This document shows positions 45,218 to 53,469 of a DNA stretch of 64,000 nucleotides, piece by piece. Below the pieces are notes generated by a model. The model was not told where the DNA came from. It searched no databases and saw nothing but the letters and a program-made list of their open reading frames with translations. A program made the translations under genes and the position numbers. The stretch spans positions 3,933-67,932 of the forward strand of contig DQGD01000004.1 of assembly GCA_003533505.1 (NCBI GenBank), written 5' to 3'. How positions within the stretch are numbered: position 1 is the stretch's first letter; each line of letters starts with the position of its first letter. Source of the stretch: Clostridiales bacterium (GTDB lineage Bacteria > Bacillota > Clostridia > Christensenellales > Pumilibacteraceae).

Positions 45218-46690
45218 ATGAATTTATTTTCCGTAGAAGGCTGGGTAGCCGGACTTATCGCGGCAATCGTCGTGGCGGTAGTGCTGCTGCTCATCATGCT
45301 TATGGTCTTTATCAGCCGCTATAAGAAATGCCCGTCCGACAAGGTGATGGTCATTTACGGCAAACTGAAACGCGCTAAGGGCGGCGCTCCGCAGGCGTCG
45401 AGCAAGTGTATTCACGGCGGCGCGCAGTTCGTGTGGCCGTTCTTTCAGGCGTACAGCTTCCTCGACCTCACGCCTATATCGCTGAACGTCGACCTTAAAA
45501 ACGCGCTGTCGCATCAGAACATCCGCGTGGACGTGCCATCGCGCTTTACGGTAGGCATTTCCACCGAGCCCGGCATCATGCAGAACGCCGCCGAGAGGCT
45601 GCGCGGACTGCGCATGGCGGACATACAGGACCTTGCGAGCGACATTATCTTGGGTCAGCTCCGTCTGGTAGTCGCGCTTATGGACATCGAGGAAATCAAC
45701 ACCAACCGCGACAAGTTCCTCGACGAGGTTTCGAGAAACGTGGAAACCGAGCTCAAAAAAATCGGCTTGAAGCTCATCAACGTCAACGTAACCGACATCC
45801 GCGACGAGTCGGGATACATCGAGGCTCTCGGCAAGGAAGCGGCAAGCAAGGCAATCAACGACGCAAAGAAATCGGTTGCCGAGCGCGACCGCGACGGCGC
45901 GATAGGCGAAGCCAACGCAATCATGGACCAGCGCATAAACGTAGCAAAGGCTAACTCAGCGGCGGTAGAGGGCGAAAACCTGGCCAAAGCCAAGATAGCT
46001 CAGGCGAATGCGGACCTCCGCGAGGCGGAAGCGGACGCGGAACGCCGCGCGACCGCAGCCGAAAAGATAGCGCAGGCAAACGCGCTGAAAGAAGCTTACG
46101 AGGCGCAGCGCGAAGCCGAAGAAGTGCGTGCAAAGCGCGAGCAGAGCACCCTTGAGGCGGACGTCATCGTCAAAGCCGAAATCGAAAAGCACCGTCTCGA
46201 GCTCGAGGCGGAAGCGCAGGCGGAGCAGGCGAGGAGAAAGGCGCGCGGCGAAGCGGACGCAATCTACGCGGTCAAGGAAGCGGAGGCGCGCGGCTTGTAC
46301 GAGCTTCTTTCCCGTCAGGCACAGGGCTTCGACAGCCTCGTGAAGGCAAGCGGAGCCGCCGACAGCGCGGTCAAGATGATGATTGCCGACAAGCTCGAGG
46401 AGCTTACGCGCATTCAGGTGGACGCAATCAAGAACATCAAGATAGACAAGGTTACCGTGTGGGACGGCGGCGCGAACGGCGAAAAGAGTTCGACCGCAGG
46501 CTTTATATCGGGGCTTTATAAATCGGTGCCGCCGCTAAGCGAACTTTTCCGTTCGGTGGGCATGGAACTTCCCGACTACCTCGGCAAAGTCCAATCCGAA
46601 AAGCCCGTAGATAAGTCCGTCGCGCTCAATGCTGCCGAGCAGCCCGAAAAGGAAAAGCCCGAAAAGCCCTCGGCAAAGAAGGGCAAGTAA
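45218..46690 (+). CDS. Flotillin-like SPFH/Band-7 protein (FloT/YuaG type)
   Basis: ATG at 45218 with a GGAGGAG RBS, 490 aa. N-terminal hairpin helix, SPFH domain, and an Ala/Glu-rich coiled coil (AEAQAEQARRKARGEADAI). Confidence 0.8.
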   Translation: MNLFSVEGWVAGLIAAIVVAVVLLLIMLMVFISRYKKCPSDKVMVIYGKLKRAKGGAPQASSKCIHGGAQFVWPFFQAYSFLDLTPISLNVDLKNALSHQNIRVDVPSRFTVGISTEPGIMQNAAERLRGLRMADIQDLASDIILGQLRLVVALMDIEEINTNRDKFLDEVSRNVETELKKIGLKLINVNVTDIRDESGYIEALGKEAASKAINDAKKSVAERDRDGAIGEANAIMDQRINVAKANSAAVEGENLAKAKIAQANADLREAEADAERRATAAEKIAQANALKEAYEAQREAEEVRAKREQSTLEADVIVKAEIEKHRLELEAEAQAEQARRKARGEADAIYAVKEAEARGLYELLSRQAQGFDSLVKASGAADSAVKMMIADKLEELTRIQVDAIKNIKIDKVTVWDGGANGEKSSTAGFISGLYKSVPPLSELFRSVGMELPDYLGKVQSEKPVDKSVALNAAEQPEKEKPEKPSAKKGK

Positions 46691-46841
46691 AACGCGCTTC
46701 GGTGAAACGCCGAGGCAAGCTTAATGGCGGAGGCGCGCAAACTGCGCTTTCGCGAAAGTAAAACGTTATTAAGGAGTTACGCTCGTCGTGCGGTTTTCCG
46801 CGCGGCAGGCGTGACTCTTATTTTTTTCGGAGGACTACGAG

Positions 46842-48902
46842 GTGAAAAGATTTTTTATTACGACGGTACTCGTGCTGACGGCGGCGCTGTTCGCGCTCTG
46901 CGGCTGCGGAGAAACGCCGCTTCCCGACAATCCCGATAATCCCGGCAGCAGCGGCGGTACGGACGGCGGCTCGGGCGGCAAGACGACGTACACCGTCACG
47001 TTCGTGATTGACGGCGAAACGGTGGAAACGCAGGAGCTCAATCCCGGAGAAACGATTGCCGACCCCAAATGCGACACGAGCAAGGAGGGACACACTTTCG
47101 AGGGCTGGCAGCGACCCGACGGCAAGCTGGTGAAATGGAACTACGTTTCCGAGCGCAAAGTGACCGAGGACATTACGTTGACGGCTTATTATTCGGTAAA
47201 CTCGTATAAAATCGGCTTTTACTATATGGGCGAGCAGATAGGCGCTACGAAAAAACTCGGGTACGGCAGCGAATTTGCGTTCCCGACCGATTTTGCCGTG
47301 GGCTCGGCGGTGGAGGTCACGGGCTGGCGCGAGCGCGGAAGCGAGGAAATTATATCGTCGTCTGTCGCCACCGTCAAACGCGACGCCGCGTACGACGCGG
47401 TGGTGAAGCTGAAGCCCTACAAGTCGATAAACTACGACGGCTTTCCCACGGAGTGTTATTACCTATATGGCTACGACTGCGAGAACGCGAGCGTAACGCT
47501 CGTGTACGACGACGGCTCGGAATACAGCCTTAAAAAATCGGAATATGAGGTCATCGTACCCGACGACTTCGCGACTGAGTGCAAACAATATAAGATAACG
47601 GTAAACATCAAGCTCGAAGAGGGCTTAGAGAGGACTTTTAACGTGAACGTAAAAGAAAACAAGAGCAAAATCAGCGTACTGTTCATCGGCAACAGCTATT
47701 CGGACGACACAATCGACTTGTCGTACAAAGTGGCGAAAGGTTTGGGGTTAGACTCCGTCGACATCGCGACGCTGTACCACCCCGGCTGCACGATTGACAT
47801 GCACCTTAACTTTTTGAAGTCGAATCCGAGAAACTATATTTTCCGCTACTTCGACAAGAACGGCGAGCTCAACACCGCCGAAGACAACATGAATACCGCA
47901 AAGCTGTCCACGATGGAAGAGGGAATTAAATTCAAACCGTGGGATTTCATTATTTTGCAGCAGGGCAGCAGCATGAGCGGCGTTCCCGGCAGCTATGGTA
48001 ATATAGGCGCGCTGATAGACTACGTCAGGTCCAAAGCCACCAACCCGAACGTGCGCTTTGCGTTCAACATGACCTGGGCGTACATGGACGGCAGTGTGAG
48101 AGACGAGTTCGCCAAGTACGATTACAGTCAGAAAAAGATGTACGACAGCATAATAAGCTCGGTAAAGTCGCAGGTTGAGCCCAACAAAACCTTTGTGGCA
48201 ATCATACCCAACGGCACCGCGGTGCAGAACGCCAGAACGTCGGTTGTGGGCGACAACCTGACGCGCGACACCTCCGACCACCTGACCTACGGGCTGGGGC
48301 GGTATATCGCCGCGCTTACGTTCGTGTCGAAAATGACGGGAGTGAGCGAAGCGGACATTCGTTCGCTCCCCTATGCACCGAGCGGACTCAGCGCAACGCA
48401 AATCGCGATTGCCAAGGAGAGCGCGATAAACGCGCTTAAAACGCCGTTTGCCGTCACCCAATCGACTTACGCGCCGCCGGGGATTGTCGCCGACGCGTCG
48501 AGCATAGAGGGCAAAACCGAGAAAGAGTTGACTTTTTCGCGCGGCTACTACTATTCGTCGAATCAGAACGGAGATTATTACGGCTTAATCTCGTCGGGCG
48601 GAATTTCCGGGAACTATTACGCCACCGCGAAGTTTACAAAAGCCGACTTGCCCGTGGGTTCGGTCATCTATGTTGCGAGAGGCTGGCAGTACCGCCCCGA
48701 GGGCTGGATTAACGGCGGCAGAAACCTCGAAGCCGACCGCCCGGCAAACACTTCCGCGCAGTATATCGTTATCAACGAAGCGTGGTGGGGAAACTACACC
48801 GAACGCGCGTTCAACATATCCAAACTCAAGACTACCGACATCACGGGCGAGGCCGACGTAATCCCCACGGTGTTCAAAATTTACCTGCCGAACAGCGACT
48901 AA
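46842..48902 (+). CDS. Lipoprotein with a Listeria-Bacteroides-type repeat and a DUF4886/SGNH-like domain
   Basis: GTG start with a GGAGG RBS. Lipobox FALCGC. YTVTFVIDGETVETQELNPGETIADP...GHTFEGWQ is the List-Bact repeat pattern. ISVLFIGNSYSDDT resembles the DUF4886 N-terminus. Confidence 0.5.
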   Translation: MKRFFITTVLVLTAALFALCGCGETPLPDNPDNPGSSGGTDGGSGGKTTYTVTFVIDGETVETQELNPGETIADPKCDTSKEGHTFEGWQRPDGKLVKWNYVSERKVTEDITLTAYYSVNSYKIGFYYMGEQIGATKKLGYGSEFAFPTDFAVGSAVEVTGWRERGSEEIISSSVATVKRDAAYDAVVKLKPYKSINYDGFPTECYYLYGYDCENASVTLVYDDGSEYSLKKSEYEVIVPDDFATECKQYKITVNIKLEEGLERTFNVNVKENKSKISVLFIGNSYSDDTIDLSYKVAKGLGLDSVDIATLYHPGCTIDMHLNFLKSNPRNYIFRYFDKNGELNTAEDNMNTAKLSTMEEGIKFKPWDFIILQQGSSMSGVPGSYGNIGALIDYVRSKATNPNVRFAFNMTWAYMDGSVRDEFAKYDYSQKKMYDSIISSVKSQVEPNKTFVAIIPNGTAVQNARTSVVGDNLTRDTSDHLTYGLGRYIAALTFVSKMTGVSEADIRSLPYAPSGLSATQIAIAKESAINALKTPFAVTQSTYAPPGIVADASSIEGKTEKELTFSRGYYYSSNQNGDYYGLISSGGISGNYYATAKFTKADLPVGSVIYVARGWQYRPEGWINGGRNLEADRPANTSAQYIVINEAWWGNYTERAFNISKLKTTDITGEADVIPTVFKIYLPNSD

Positions 48903-48919
48903 AAAGATATAACGACAAT

Positions 48920-48957
48920 AAAAAACCGCGACCCGAAAACAGGGTTGCGGTTTTTTG
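48920..48957. terminator. Bidirectional terminator between the convergent lipoprotein and mrp genes
   Basis: AACCGCGACCC/GGGTTGCGGTT stem (1 mismatch) flanked by an A-run and a T-run. Confidence 0.6.
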
Positions 48958-48965
48958 CCGTTTTA

Positions 48966-49799
48966 TTACTTGTTCAGCATCGATTTCAGCAGTTTTCCCA
49001 CGCCGCTTAGCGCGGTGCAGTCGTTCGCTTCGATTCGACCTGCGTCCACTTCGGCGGCGAGTTTTGTATCGAAGGGCAGCTTGCCCAAAACCTCGATGCC
49101 GTACTTTTCGGCGATTTCACCCGAGTGGCTCTTGCCGAAAATCTCGATTTTCTTGCCGCAGTCGGGGCAGAGCACATAGCTCATGTTCTCCACCAGCCCG
49201 AGCACGGGAATGTTCATCAGCCGCGCCATATTGACGGCTTTTTCCACAATCATCGACACGAGCTCCTGCGGCGAGGTGACTATGATAATGCCGTCGACGG
49301 GGATTGACTGAAAGACGGTCAGCGGCACGTCGCCCGTTCCCGGCGGCATATCCACGAACATGAAGTCCACGTCGCCCCAGATTACGTCCGTCCAGAACTG
49401 CTTGACCACGCCGGCAATCATCGGACCGCGCCAGATTGCCGGGTCGGTTTCGTTTTCGGTCAGAAGGTTCAGCGACATTACAGAAATGCCCGTCTGCGTT
49501 TTGACGGGGAACAGCCCGGCTTCCGAGCCCGTAGCCCTTTCCGTCAGCCCGAACGAGCGCGGAATGGACGGACCGGTAATGTCCGCGTCGAGTATCGCGG
49601 TTTTATAGCCGGCTCGCACGCTTTCCACCGCCGCCAGCGAAGTGACCAGCGATTTGCCCACGCCGCCCTTGCCGCTCATCACGGCAATTACCTTTTTGAT
49701 TTTACTCAGCTCGTGCGGTTTTTCCAGCATCGACTCGGGGCTCTGCTTGCTCGGACAAGCCTCGCCGCACGTTTCGCAATTATGAGTACATTCGCTCAT
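48966..49799 (-). CDS. Mrp/NBP35/ApbC-family Fe-S cluster carrier ATPase
   Basis: 277 aa. Deviant Walker A SGKGGVGKS, N-terminal CTHNCETCGEAC, and a CPDCG motif. AAGGAG RBS. Confidence 0.85.
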   Translation of the reverse strand: MSECTHNCETCGEACPSKQSPESMLEKPHELSKIKKVIAVMSGKGGVGKSLVTSLAAVESVRAGYKTAILDADITGPSIPRSFGLTERATGSEAGLFPVKTQTGISVMSLNLLTENETDPAIWRGPMIAGVVKQFWTDVIWGDVDFMFVDMPPGTGDVPLTVFQSIPVDGIIIVTSPQELVSMIVEKAVNMARLMNIPVLGLVENMSYVLCPDCGKKIEIFGKSHSGEIAEKYGIEVLGKLPFDTKLAAEVDAGRIEANDCTALSGVGKLLKSMLNK

Positions 49800-49898
49800 T
49801 TTAATCTCCTTGTGCGCCTCTGCGCCCTTATATTATAGGACGGCGCGCGCGTTAAGTCAAGCGTAAAAGCCGCCGCGCAGTCGCGTTTTCCCCTTTTT

Positions 49899-50063
49899 TC
49901 AGCTGCCCGAGTACGGGAAAACGCTGTCGCCCTCTCCGGGCGGCGGTATCATCGTGAATTCGGCGAGGTTTTTGTAGGGCGCGTTCTCCTTGTCCGCAGG
50001 CTTTTCGGGTATTATGCCGCCCGATTTCTGCCCTTTGACGTCCTTTTTATGCTTTTTGCTCAT
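49899..50063 (-). CDS. Small hypothetical protein (54 aa)
   Basis: An internal ATG at 50063 is preceded by a strong AAAGGAGG RBS. The product is MSKKHKKDVKGQKSGGIIPEKPADKENAPYKNLAEFTMIPPPGEGDSVFPYSGS, with no homolog recalled. Confidence 0.35.
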   Translation of the reverse strand: MSKKHKKDVKGQKSGGIIPEKPADKENAPYKNLAEFTMIPPPGEGDSVFPYSGS

Positions 50064-50191
50064 ATTTGCCTCCTTTACGCCTAGTATGACCGCCTCCGCC
50101 CGGTTATATCCGCTCGCCGCGGGAGAAAGCGGGTAAACCATAAGGCTAAGTATTCGTTTGATTTTAAATTATAGCGCACACTTTAAAACGT

Positions 50192-50293
50192 AACGCGCAC
50201 TCTTCGCCCTCAAACGTCATTCAGAGGAGCGAACGGAGCCAATGGGGCGATGTTCGCGACGTGGAATCCCATGCATGGAGCGAGTACTAATCC
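50192..50293 (+). repeat. Family-1 structured intergenic element, copy 4
   Basis: AACGCGCACTCTTCGCCCTCAAACGTCATTCAGAGGAG, hairpin GCGAAC...GTTCGC, then GACGTGGAATCCCATGCATGGAGCGAGTACTAATCC. Confidence 0.75.
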
Positions 50294-50422
50294 TTATGTC
50301 GTTTCGGGGGGGTAGCCGAGGAACCAAGCGAAGCGTTATCATTTTAAAGCCACTTCAAGGCTCATCGCCGTTAAATATTCGCTATCCGCGACAAAAAACT
50401 TTTGTTTTTTTCTTAAAAATCG

Positions 50423-50451
50423 TTGACAAATCAGTACGAGGGGATTATAAT
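50423..50451 (+). promoter_or_regulatory. Consensus sigma-A promoter of the metal-resistance operon
   Basis: TTGACA, 17 nt, TATAAT (both hexamers perfect). Confidence 0.65.
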
Positions 50452-50454
50452 GTA

Positions 50455-50480
50455 AACAGTTGAATAAATGTTCAACTGTT
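50455..50480. promoter_or_regulatory. Perfect 10-6-10 inverted repeat, probable ArsR/SmtB operator
   Basis: AACAGTTGAA-TAAATG-TTCAACTGTT starts 4 nt after the -10 hexamer, directly upstream of the ArsR/SmtB gene. Confidence 0.6.
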
Positions 50481-50517
50481 GAAACAAGCTTGTGTCCGAG
50501 GCGAAGGAGAAGAACAA

Positions 50518-50895
50518 ATGGCAGACGACGAACAAAAATATGTAAACGATTGCTGTGACGACGACGTAGTACACTCGGGAGCGGTGGAAAGGGTAAAGGC
50601 GGCGATGCCCGACGAGGATATGCTGTACGACGCGGCGGAGCTGTTCAAGGTTTTCGGCGACTCGACGAGGACGCGCATACTTTCCGCGCTGTTTATCGAG
50701 GAGCTTTGCGTGTGCGACATCGCGGAAATTCTGGGCATGACGAAGTCCGCCGTTTCGCATCAGCTACGCACGCTGCGCCAGACGAAAATCGTCAAGGCGA
50801 GAAGGTCGGGGAAAGAGATTTTTTATTCGCTCGACGACGACCACATCTCGCGCATTTACAAGACCGCGATGGAACACCTTCGCGAAAACGACTGA
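50518..50895 (+). CDS. ArsR/SmtB-family metalloregulator (CadC/CzrA-like)
   Basis: ATG at 50518 (AAGGAGAAG RBS), 125 aa. N-terminal CC pair (NDCCDDD), ELCVCDIAEILGMTKSAVSHQLRTLR (alpha3 CVC site plus HTH), and DDDHI. Confidence 0.85.
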   Translation: MADDEQKYVNDCCDDDVVHSGAVERVKAAMPDEDMLYDAAELFKVFGDSTRTRILSALFIEELCVCDIAEILGMTKSAVSHQLRTLRQTKIVKARRSGKEIFYSLDDDHISRIYKTAMEHLREND

Positions 50896-50921
50896 AAAAT
50901 AGTTACAAAGGAGACATTATT

Positions 50922-51140
50922 ATGAAAAAGGTAATCAGACTTCAGGATTTGGACTGCGCAAACTGCGCCGCTAAAATGGAACGCGGCATCGAGAAAATCA
51001 AGGGTGTCAATTCCGTTTCCGTCGACTTCATGACTCAGAAAATCGTGCTCGACTGCGACGACAACGCCGTGGACGAGATTATCGCGGAAATGAAGAAGGT
51101 TTGTCATAAAATAGAGCCGGACTGCATCATAAAGGCTTAA
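50922..51140 (+). CDS. Stand-alone heavy-metal-associated (HMA) domain protein
   Basis: 72 aa. MKKVIRLQDLDCANCAAKMERGIEKIKGVNSVSVDF carries the CxxC of the CadA-type N-terminal metal-binding domain. AAAGGAG RBS. Confidence 0.8.
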   Translation: MKKVIRLQDLDCANCAAKMERGIEKIKGVNSVSVDFMTQKIVLDCDDNAVDEIIAEMKKVCHKIEPDCIIKA

Positions 51141-51170
51141 AGGCATCTTTTCCGCGCTTTCGTGTGTTAG

Positions 51171-51245
51171 CTCGCTAGACGTGCGTCCTAGCACGCCGCC
51201 CAACCGCTATCATCCGAAATCATCGAAAAATCTGCGCTTTAAGCG
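51171..51245 (+). repeat. 75-nt direct repeat, unit 1
   Basis: CTCGCTAGACG...GCCGCCCAACCG...AAATCATCGAAAAATCTGCGCTTTAAGCG, repeated at 51292. Confidence 0.7.
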
Positions 51246-51291
51246 CCGCGCGTTTTTCTACGGACTAAGCGTTTTCGCTTTTGCACGAAAC

Positions 51292-51366
51292 CTCGCTAGA
51301 CGCATAAACCCGATACGCCGCCAACCGGTTTCGTACAAAATCATCGAAAAATCCGCTCTTTAAGTG
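51292..51366 (+). repeat. 75-nt direct repeat, unit 2
   Basis: CTCGCTAGACG...GCCGCCAACCG...AAATCATCGAAAAATCCGCTCTTTAAGTG, with blocks of 11, about 12 and 16 identical nt shared with unit 1. Confidence 0.7.
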
Positions 51367-51484
51367 CGAGTGTACGTTTCCGCTTTAAAAAACGGACGGA
51401 GATTGAGTAAAAACGGTTTTATAGAAATCGGGACAACGTTATGGAATTACAAGACAAATGCGGCGGTGTGCCGCGGAGAGAATT

Positions 51485-53398
51485 ATGGCTGAAAAGAAGC
51501 TGACGAAAAATCAAAAAGCGCTCATAAGGGTCGTTACGGCGATAGTGCTGTTCGGCGCGGCGTTTATTACCGAAAAAGTGCTCGACGCAAAAGCAATCGA
51601 CACGAGCGTGTGGATGTGGCTGGGAATATACCTTGCGATTTACCTGTTTATCGGCTGGGACGTTGCTTTCCGCGCGGTGACGGGCGTGTTTCGCGGCGAG
51701 TTGCTGGACGAGAACTTTTTGATGTTCATAGCCACCGTCGGGGCGTTCGCCGTCCGCGAGTTTCCGGAAGCCGTGGCAGTCATGGCGTTTTACCAGCTGG
51801 GCGAGCTGTTTCAGAACTACGCGGTGGGCAAATCGCGCGCGTCGATTGCCTCGCTGATGGATATTCGCCCGGACGTGGCGACGGTCATAAGGGGCGGCGA
51901 GGAAATCGTCGTCGACCCCGAGGAAGTGGAAATAGGCGAGATTATTCTCGTCCGTCCCGGCGAAAAAATACCGCTTGACGGCGTAGTCGTCGAGGGAACG
52001 GGCACACTGAATACGGCGGCGCTCACCGGCGAGTCCGCGCCCGTGGACGTGGCTCCCGGCTCGGAAGTAATCAGCGGCTCGATAAGCGTGTCGGCGGCGT
52101 TCAAAATCCGCTCGACCAAGGCATTCGGCGAGTCGACGGTTTCTAAAATCCTCGACCTCGTGGAAAACGCTTCGTCCGAAAAAGCCAAGGCGGAAAACTT
52201 TATCACCAAATTCGCGCGTTACTACACGCCTGCGGTGGTTATCGGAGCGGTGTTGCTCGCCGTTGTTCCGCCGCTGTTTCTGGGAATAAGCGACGGGACG
52301 GTGTGGATGTCCTGGCTTACTCGCGCGCTGTCGTTCCTCGTCGTGTCCTGCCCGTGCGCGTTGGTCATTTCCGTGCCGCTGTCGTTCTTCGGCGCAATCG
52401 GCGGCGCTTCCAAAGCCGGCATACTCGTCAAGGGCGGCAACTACCTCGAGGTGCTCAACGAAACGGACGTGTTCGTCATGGATAAGACGGGCACGATAAC
52501 CAAGGGCAGTTTCGAGGTCAAGAAAGTGCTTCCCGAAGCAAAGCGCGACGAAATCTTAGCCGCCGCGGCGATTGCGGAAAGACTGTCCACGCACCCGATT
52601 GCGCGCTCGATAGAAGAAGCTACGGGCGGCGAAGCTCCGTCCGATTATCGGATAGAGGAAATAGCCGGCGAGGGCGTAAAGGCCGCTCGCGGCGAAGAGG
52701 TCATCTACGCCGGCAACAAGCGGCTTATGGCGAGAGCCGGGGTCGCTGCCGAGGATATAAACGAAGTCGGCACGATAGTGTACGTCGCGAAAAACGGCGA
52801 GTACCTGGGCGCAATCGTTATCGGCGATACCATAAAGCCCGACAGCGCGAGGGCGATTGCCGAGCTGAAAGCCGAGGGTTCAAGGACGGTGATGCTGACG
52901 GGCGACAACGAAAAAACCGCCGCGGCGATTGCCGCCGAGGCAGGCGTCGACGAGTACGCCTCGGGGCTGCTGCCCGCTGGCAAGGTCGAGCATATCGGCA
53001 AGTATCTCGGGCGCAAGAGAAAAACGGCGTTCGTTGGCGACGGCATAAACGACGCGCCCGTGCTGATGCGCGCGGACGTGGGGCTCGCGATGGGAGCCTT
53101 AGGCAGCGATTCCGCGATAGAAGCAGCCGACATAGTGCTTATGAACGACAGCCTCGCTTCCATACCCGTGGCTAAACGTATCGCGAAAAAGACGATGCGC
53201 ATCGTGTATGAAAACATCGTGTTCGCGCTGGGCGTAAAAGCCGCTATCCTTATTCTCAGCGCGCTGGGCATAACGGGCATGTGGCTGGCAATCTTCGCCG
53301 ACGTCGGCGTAGCCGTGCTCGCGATACTCAACGCAATGCGTATGCTGAGAGCGAATAAACTCGTGGAAAAAACAAAGAAGGACAAAGCTGCGGCATAA
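51485..53398 (+). CDS. Heavy-metal-translocating P1B-type ATPase (Cd/Zn/Co type) without an N-terminal metal-binding domain
   Basis: ATG at 51485, 637 aa. Motifs present: CPCALVISVP (CPC), DKTGTIT, STHPIARSI (HP) and GDGINDAP. Confidence 0.9.
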   Translation: MAEKKLTKNQKALIRVVTAIVLFGAAFITEKVLDAKAIDTSVWMWLGIYLAIYLFIGWDVAFRAVTGVFRGELLDENFLMFIATVGAFAVREFPEAVAVMAFYQLGELFQNYAVGKSRASIASLMDIRPDVATVIRGGEEIVVDPEEVEIGEIILVRPGEKIPLDGVVVEGTGTLNTAALTGESAPVDVAPGSEVISGSISVSAAFKIRSTKAFGESTVSKILDLVENASSEKAKAENFITKFARYYTPAVVIGAVLLAVVPPLFLGISDGTVWMSWLTRALSFLVVSCPCALVISVPLSFFGAIGGASKAGILVKGGNYLEVLNETDVFVMDKTGTITKGSFEVKKVLPEAKRDEILAAAAIAERLSTHPIARSIEEATGGEAPSDYRIEEIAGEGVKAARGEEVIYAGNKRLMARAGVAAEDINEVGTIVYVAKNGEYLGAIVIGDTIKPDSARAIAELKAEGSRTVMLTGDNEKTAAAIAAEAGVDEYASGLLPAGKVEHIGKYLGRKRKTAFVGDGINDAPVLMRADVGLAMGALGSDSAIEAADIVLMNDSLASIPVAKRIAKKTMRIVYENIVFALGVKAAILILSALGITGMWLAIFADVGVAVLAILNAMRMLRANKLVEKTKKDKAAA

Positions 53399-53416
53399 TT
53401 GTAAAACCGAAATAAA

Positions 53417-53451
53417 GAAAAAAGCTTCCGTTTTTTACGGAAGCTTTTTTG
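53417..53451. terminator. Bidirectional terminator between the convergent ATPase and melA genes
   Basis: AGCTTCCGT/ACGGAAGCT perfect 9-bp stem flanked by A-runs and T-runs. Confidence 0.65.
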
Positions 53452-53469
53452 CCGCTCGGAGCGTTTTAA

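Noticed and set aside
50215-50293. Family-1 element as a hammerhead-type ribozyme (CUGANGA-like ...TCAGAGGAG, hairpin, CGAC...)
   Set aside because: The CUGANGA box is not conserved across copies (TCAGAGGA, CCTGAGCG, AATGAGAA). No GAAA follows the helix, so the core nucleotides required for a hammerhead are absent.
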